Of a DNA stretch of 64,000 nt, positions 60,154 through 64,000 are shown piece after piece. The translations under genes and the position numbers were made by a program. The notes under the pieces were generated by a model, which made no database searches, was not told where the DNA came from, and saw only the letters and a list, made by a program, of their open reading frames with translations. This stretch comes from Klebsormidium nitens (lineage: Eukaryota; Plantae; Klebsormidiophyceae): contig DF237299.1 of NCBI GenBank assembly GCA_000708835.1, forward strand, positions 33,660 through 97,659. The letters run 5' to 3'. Each line of letters starts with the position of its first letter. Positions within the stretch are counted from its first letter, which is position 1.

Positions 60154-60678
60154 TCAATGTTCAATGAGTGCAGGCAGAGATTTTATTACAGCAGCTGAGA
60201 CAAGTTCAGGATTGCCATGATGATACCGCAAGAAATCAATCACTGCAGGAAGAGGTCCTCTTTCAGCGGAGCTCTGCAGGTGGAGCAAATGAGTTCCTCG
60301 CGCTTCTTCTTGATAGGCCATTGAGGAGTGTATACTTACAATCTTGAAGAACGAGTCCATATCTTCACCCACCTGCAAGGATAAGGAAAAAGACAGTAGT
60401 GAACTATTGGTATCTTAAAGCAGGGTCAGAGGAAGCGGGAATTGCAAGCGCACAGTGATAGCCATCTGTGAAAGCTTACCATAATGCGCACCAAAATGAC
60501 CACTCACTCCTGAGAAGTTGCTGGGGGGATCCATTGGGCAGCTTGAAGTGCGCTCGGCGCTCGTTGTCAGATCCACCCGGATCCTTTTCCGCGGCTCGCC
60601 GGCTAGACGGGAGATTCGGTGAATAATGACGCGGAGCGGGGTCCCTTTGAAGCTACTTTCGGACTGGCTTCCACTCAT
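60154..60678 (-). CDS. Possible small multi-exon hypothetical gene
   Basis: ATG-led exon MSGSQSESS...SNFSG followed by a ga|gtgagt donor, phase-compatible with exon VGEDMDSFFKI (cag|gtg ... att|gtaagt). The remainder is not resolved. Confidence 0.3.
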
Positions 60679-60733
60679 GTGGAAGCCAGGGCTTTATAAG
60701 GCTGAGGTGAGAANNNNNNNNNNNNNNNNNNNN

Positions 60734-61017
60734 AGGGGTGCCGGGGGTGCCGGGGGTGCCAGGGGTGCTGGGGGTGCCTGGGGGTGCCGGGGGTGCCTGG
60801 GGCCTCCCATCTTGCGGCCCTCCCACCCCTTTGATGCACGCGCGAGCGCGCGAGGGGGCCCACATAGGCGCTCGCGACGTCCGCTTGTGCGATGAGGAGA
60901 TCGACGGTCAACTCACAAGTAATCAGTTGAGATCGACGGTCTACTCACAGGTAACCATTTGAGATCGACGGCTCCTTCAGGTTCATGGAGGTGACGGATG
61001 GTTCATGGAGGTGACGG
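60734..61017. repeat. Cluster of short tandem repeats: 9-bp GGGGTGCC(G/T) x~7, 32-bp unit x3, 20-bp unit x2
   Basis: 9-mer array at 60734-60800 abuts a gap. GAGATCGACGG at 60897, 60929 and 60961. GGTTCATGGAGGTGACGG at 60980 and 61000. Confidence 0.85.
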
Positions 61018-61342
61018 GTGTTTACATGTGTTGACGGCTTGCCCTTCCGGTGATCGACGGTGTGTTTGAGTGTGACGGACGGCTCACTTTCAGGCTCCTT
61101 CGCGCTAAGCATGAGCAGAAGCCTATGTTGCTGTTTCTACGGCAATATGTCGTGCTCCTTGTCTCACACGCCACAGGGCGCCATTTTAACAGACCCCATG
61201 GCCAAGTTCCTTGTCGTAGAAGCAGTCCAGGAGCTCACTCCATGTTCCGGTTCCCACTCCAATGTCTTCACCTTCCCACAACAGCGGCACTGCAGCAACC
61301 GTTCACCAGACACTTGCTTTTCTGGGCAGTCTCTCCTGACTG

Positions 61343-64000
61343 ATGGCCACTCTGCCCAAAGCGTTCATTGGACCTGGTTTGCAACGGTGTCTCGTTTACG
61401 GTGGGGAGCTATACTTTGCAGCCCGGCCAGAGGACACAGCTGGTTGTTCCATCAAGCCTCGGAAGCGGAAGCTGGTGAGTGCTTTGCAGCGCACAACGCC
61501 TGCAGAGGATGCCGCTCCCAGCGATCAGAGCGCGGCTCACCAGCTACAGCACGCTGCTGAGACTAGCAATCGGAGGCTGACCCATGCCCTTGTGAAGCAA
61601 CAGGAGCTGGAGTCTGCTGTTATCTGGGACAAGAGCCTGCACCTTGCATCGCAGGCTTGCAGCTCGAGGCCAGATCTCTTTTCTCGTGCTGTCATGCGCT
61701 GCTTTACAGAGGGTGGGGCCCGCCGCAGCGAGGCACGCCTGCTGGACGAGTTGGCAAATGTGTTCATAGAGAGCCTGGTGGTTTACGGGAGCCCGTTAGG
61801 CAACCTCCCTCCACTGGAAACCTGGCCCGCCCCGTGCCTTTTGACGTGGAGGGTTGACGGCTCAAACTACACTGCCCCTCGGTCGGGCCAAGGCTTAGCA
61901 GAGTATCTGGGTTATGTGGCCGACGACGAGTGGCATGTGGTCGAGCAGCAGAGTGCTTGGATGCGCTGCCTGAAGCCGGTAAGTGCTGGTACCAGCAAGT
62001 GCTCAACTCNNNNNNNNNNNNNNNNNNNNNNNNNNNNNNNNNNNNNNNNNNNNNNNNNNNNNNNNNNNNNNNNNNNNNNNNNNNNNNNNNNNNNNNNNNN
62101 NNNNNNNNNNNNNNNNNNNNNNNNNNNNNNNNNNNNNNNNNNNNNNNNNNNNNNNNNNNNNNNNNNNNNNNNNNNNNNNNNNNNNNNNNNNNNNNNNNNN
62201 NNNNNNNNNNNNNNNNNNNNNNNNNNNNNNNNNNNNNNNNNNNNNNNNNNNNNNNNNNNNNNNNNNNNNNNNNNNNNNNNNNNNNNNNNNNNNNNNNNNN
62301 NNNNNNNNNNNNNNNNNNNNNNNNNNNNNNNNNNNNNNNNNNNNNNNNNNNNNNNNNNNNNNNNNNNNNNNNNNNNNNNNNNNNNNNNNNNNNNNNNNNN
62401 NNNNNNNNNNNNNNNNNNNNNNNNNNNNNNNNNNNNNNNNNNNNNNNNNNNNNNNNNNNNNNNNNNNNNNNNNNNNNNNNNNNNNNNNNNNNNNNNNNNN
62501 NNNNNNNNNNNNNNNNNNNNNNNNNNNNNNNNNNNNNNNNNNNNNNNNNNNNNNNNNNNNNNNNNNNNNNNNNNNNNNNNNNNNNNNNNNNNNNNNNNNN
62601 NNNNNNNNNNNNNNNNNNNNNNNNNNNNNNNNNNNNNNNNNNNNNNNNNNNNNNNNNNNNNNNNNNNNNNNNNNNNNNNNNNNNNNNNNNNNNNNNNNNN
62701 NNNNNNNNNNNNNNNNNNNNNNNNNNNNNNNNNNNNNNNNNNNNNNTGGGAGACAGGCAGAAGGACAACCTACCTGCAATGCATGGAGACGAACTGACAA
62801 TTGCCACGTTCCACTCGCAGGCCCTGCCGCGCTTCGTTTGGCTGCATGTCAAGGAGTTGTTGGTGAGGCAAAAGAAGGCGTTGGACCTGTTGGTTAGGGG
62901 CCAATCTGCGGAGCAGTTTGCGTCTGTCTCGCTGAACAATGCAGAGAGAGAAGCAGCCCAGCGGCGCAACAGGCTGGGCAACTACCAAGATAACACCCTG
63001 CTCGAATTGGAACAGAGGGTCCGCCAGGAGTTGGCCGCCTACCAGGACCTGCAGCGGGGCAATGCTGGACTCCTCGACTGGTACCGGACCACAAGCTTTG
63101 TCTTGACCGGTCACACGGCATCCATCAGACCGCTCCTCCAATCCGAGTACCCTTCCCAGGCAACTCTGGACAGCTCGGTCTTTGGGGCTGATTGCCTCGA
63201 GGAGCTGACCTCGAGCACAGCGCCTTTCTTTGTCAAGTTTGATGGGTGGGTTGGCCCAGCCTGGGGGATATTCTGGGACTGGGTACTGACGGGTGGTCTC
63301 AAGCAGTGGCTGCCTGAAGCAGACTCCCTGGGTCGCTCCCTCGAGCTGCTCAGGGACCGGGAGCTGGGGGCGGTCCTGCAGCAGTGGGAGGATACGCGGG
63401 ACGGGGACCGCTTCCAGCTGCTCAAGAGCTGGCTGTCTGGGCCCGGTGCCATCTTCCCTGCTCGAGTGGCTGGCATGGTGGGCGAAGCGACCTTGCCCCC
63501 AGTCTCCGAGACGGCTCCTATCCACAGGCAGCTCAGGGTGAGAGCCTCCAAGCCTCCAATCAAGTTTGCAGATCCATCTTCCTGCTGCACTCTCTCTGCA
63601 TTCCCGGCCTGCCTGTCTTTGAGTCAGTGTAGCAAGAAGTCTGCGAACATGCATTGCACAGCATATTTTGTCTGTGTTTGCGCCATGCTCTCTGTATCTT
63701 GATCACATCACGTGTCGCTTTTTCGAGCCATCTGTCTACGAGCCACTTTTGAACTGGCCACTTGCATCCAAACGTGGATGCTCGCGCTTCGATGAGGAAT
63801 GGCAGTGTCACTTTGAAAGTCCGTGCGTCCTCCATGGTGAACCTGTATTACCCAGGCTTGTCATTGCCCCTAAGCCAACATCTCCAATCCAGAAAACAAA
63901 AACCTGCTGGTGCACGACATGCAGGTCGTGAACCCCTGGCGGGCCGACTGCGTGTTTCAGCCCCGTGACGAGGCGCTGTTCGGGCTGCCCGGCAAGTCTG
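61343..64000 (+). CDS. Large multi-exon hypothetical protein, interrupted by a 737-N gap and running off the window
   Basis: Long open exons at ~61.3-61.98 kb (ending ccg|gtaagt) and 62747-~63537 (ending agg|gtgaga), plus a new exon after tttcag at ~63961 (PRDEALFGLPGKS). No recognisable domain. Confidence 0.6.

Noticed and set aside
51593-63702. Long ORFs in the track that span N runs
   Set aside because: Their length is an artefact of translating through assembly gaps.

Overview
Intron-rich eukaryotic genomic DNA (GT-AG introns of roughly 100-900 bp, draft assembly with N gaps at 51605-51930, 56871-56890, 60714-60733 and 62010-62746). Gene content and style suggest a streptophyte green alga such as Klebsormidium; this is inference only. 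The first ~42 kb is an ordinary gene-dense region. It holds a very long CK1-superfamily kinase fused to RNA-binding modules, a DUF2415-like WD40 protein, a LOG2/MGRN1-type RING E3 ligase, a YfcD-like Nudix hydrolase, an intronless neurochondrin, NOP53, a degenerate Uma2-like gene and two small TIR elements. From ~42.5 kb to the end the window is an accessory, repeat- and gap-rich island. It contains a Ulp1/SUMO-protease-like gene with no visible catalytic-Cys exon (a third TIR element sits in one of its introns) and arrays of short repeats. Next is a multi-exon KDZ (Kyakuja-Dileera-Zisupton) DDE transposase gene that also appears to encode a zf-4CXXC_R1-like finger, two SWIM-like fingers and two inserted Tudor-like domains. 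Convergent with it lie an intronless, virus-like two-domain nucleotidyltransferase and a ~90%-identical tandem paralog, then further unknown genes. The best candidate for an undescribed system is a chromatin-reading KDZ transposon carrying nucleotidyltransferase cargo. All domain calls come from motif recognition by eye, and exon boundaries come from manual splice-site and phase checks; no database searches were run.
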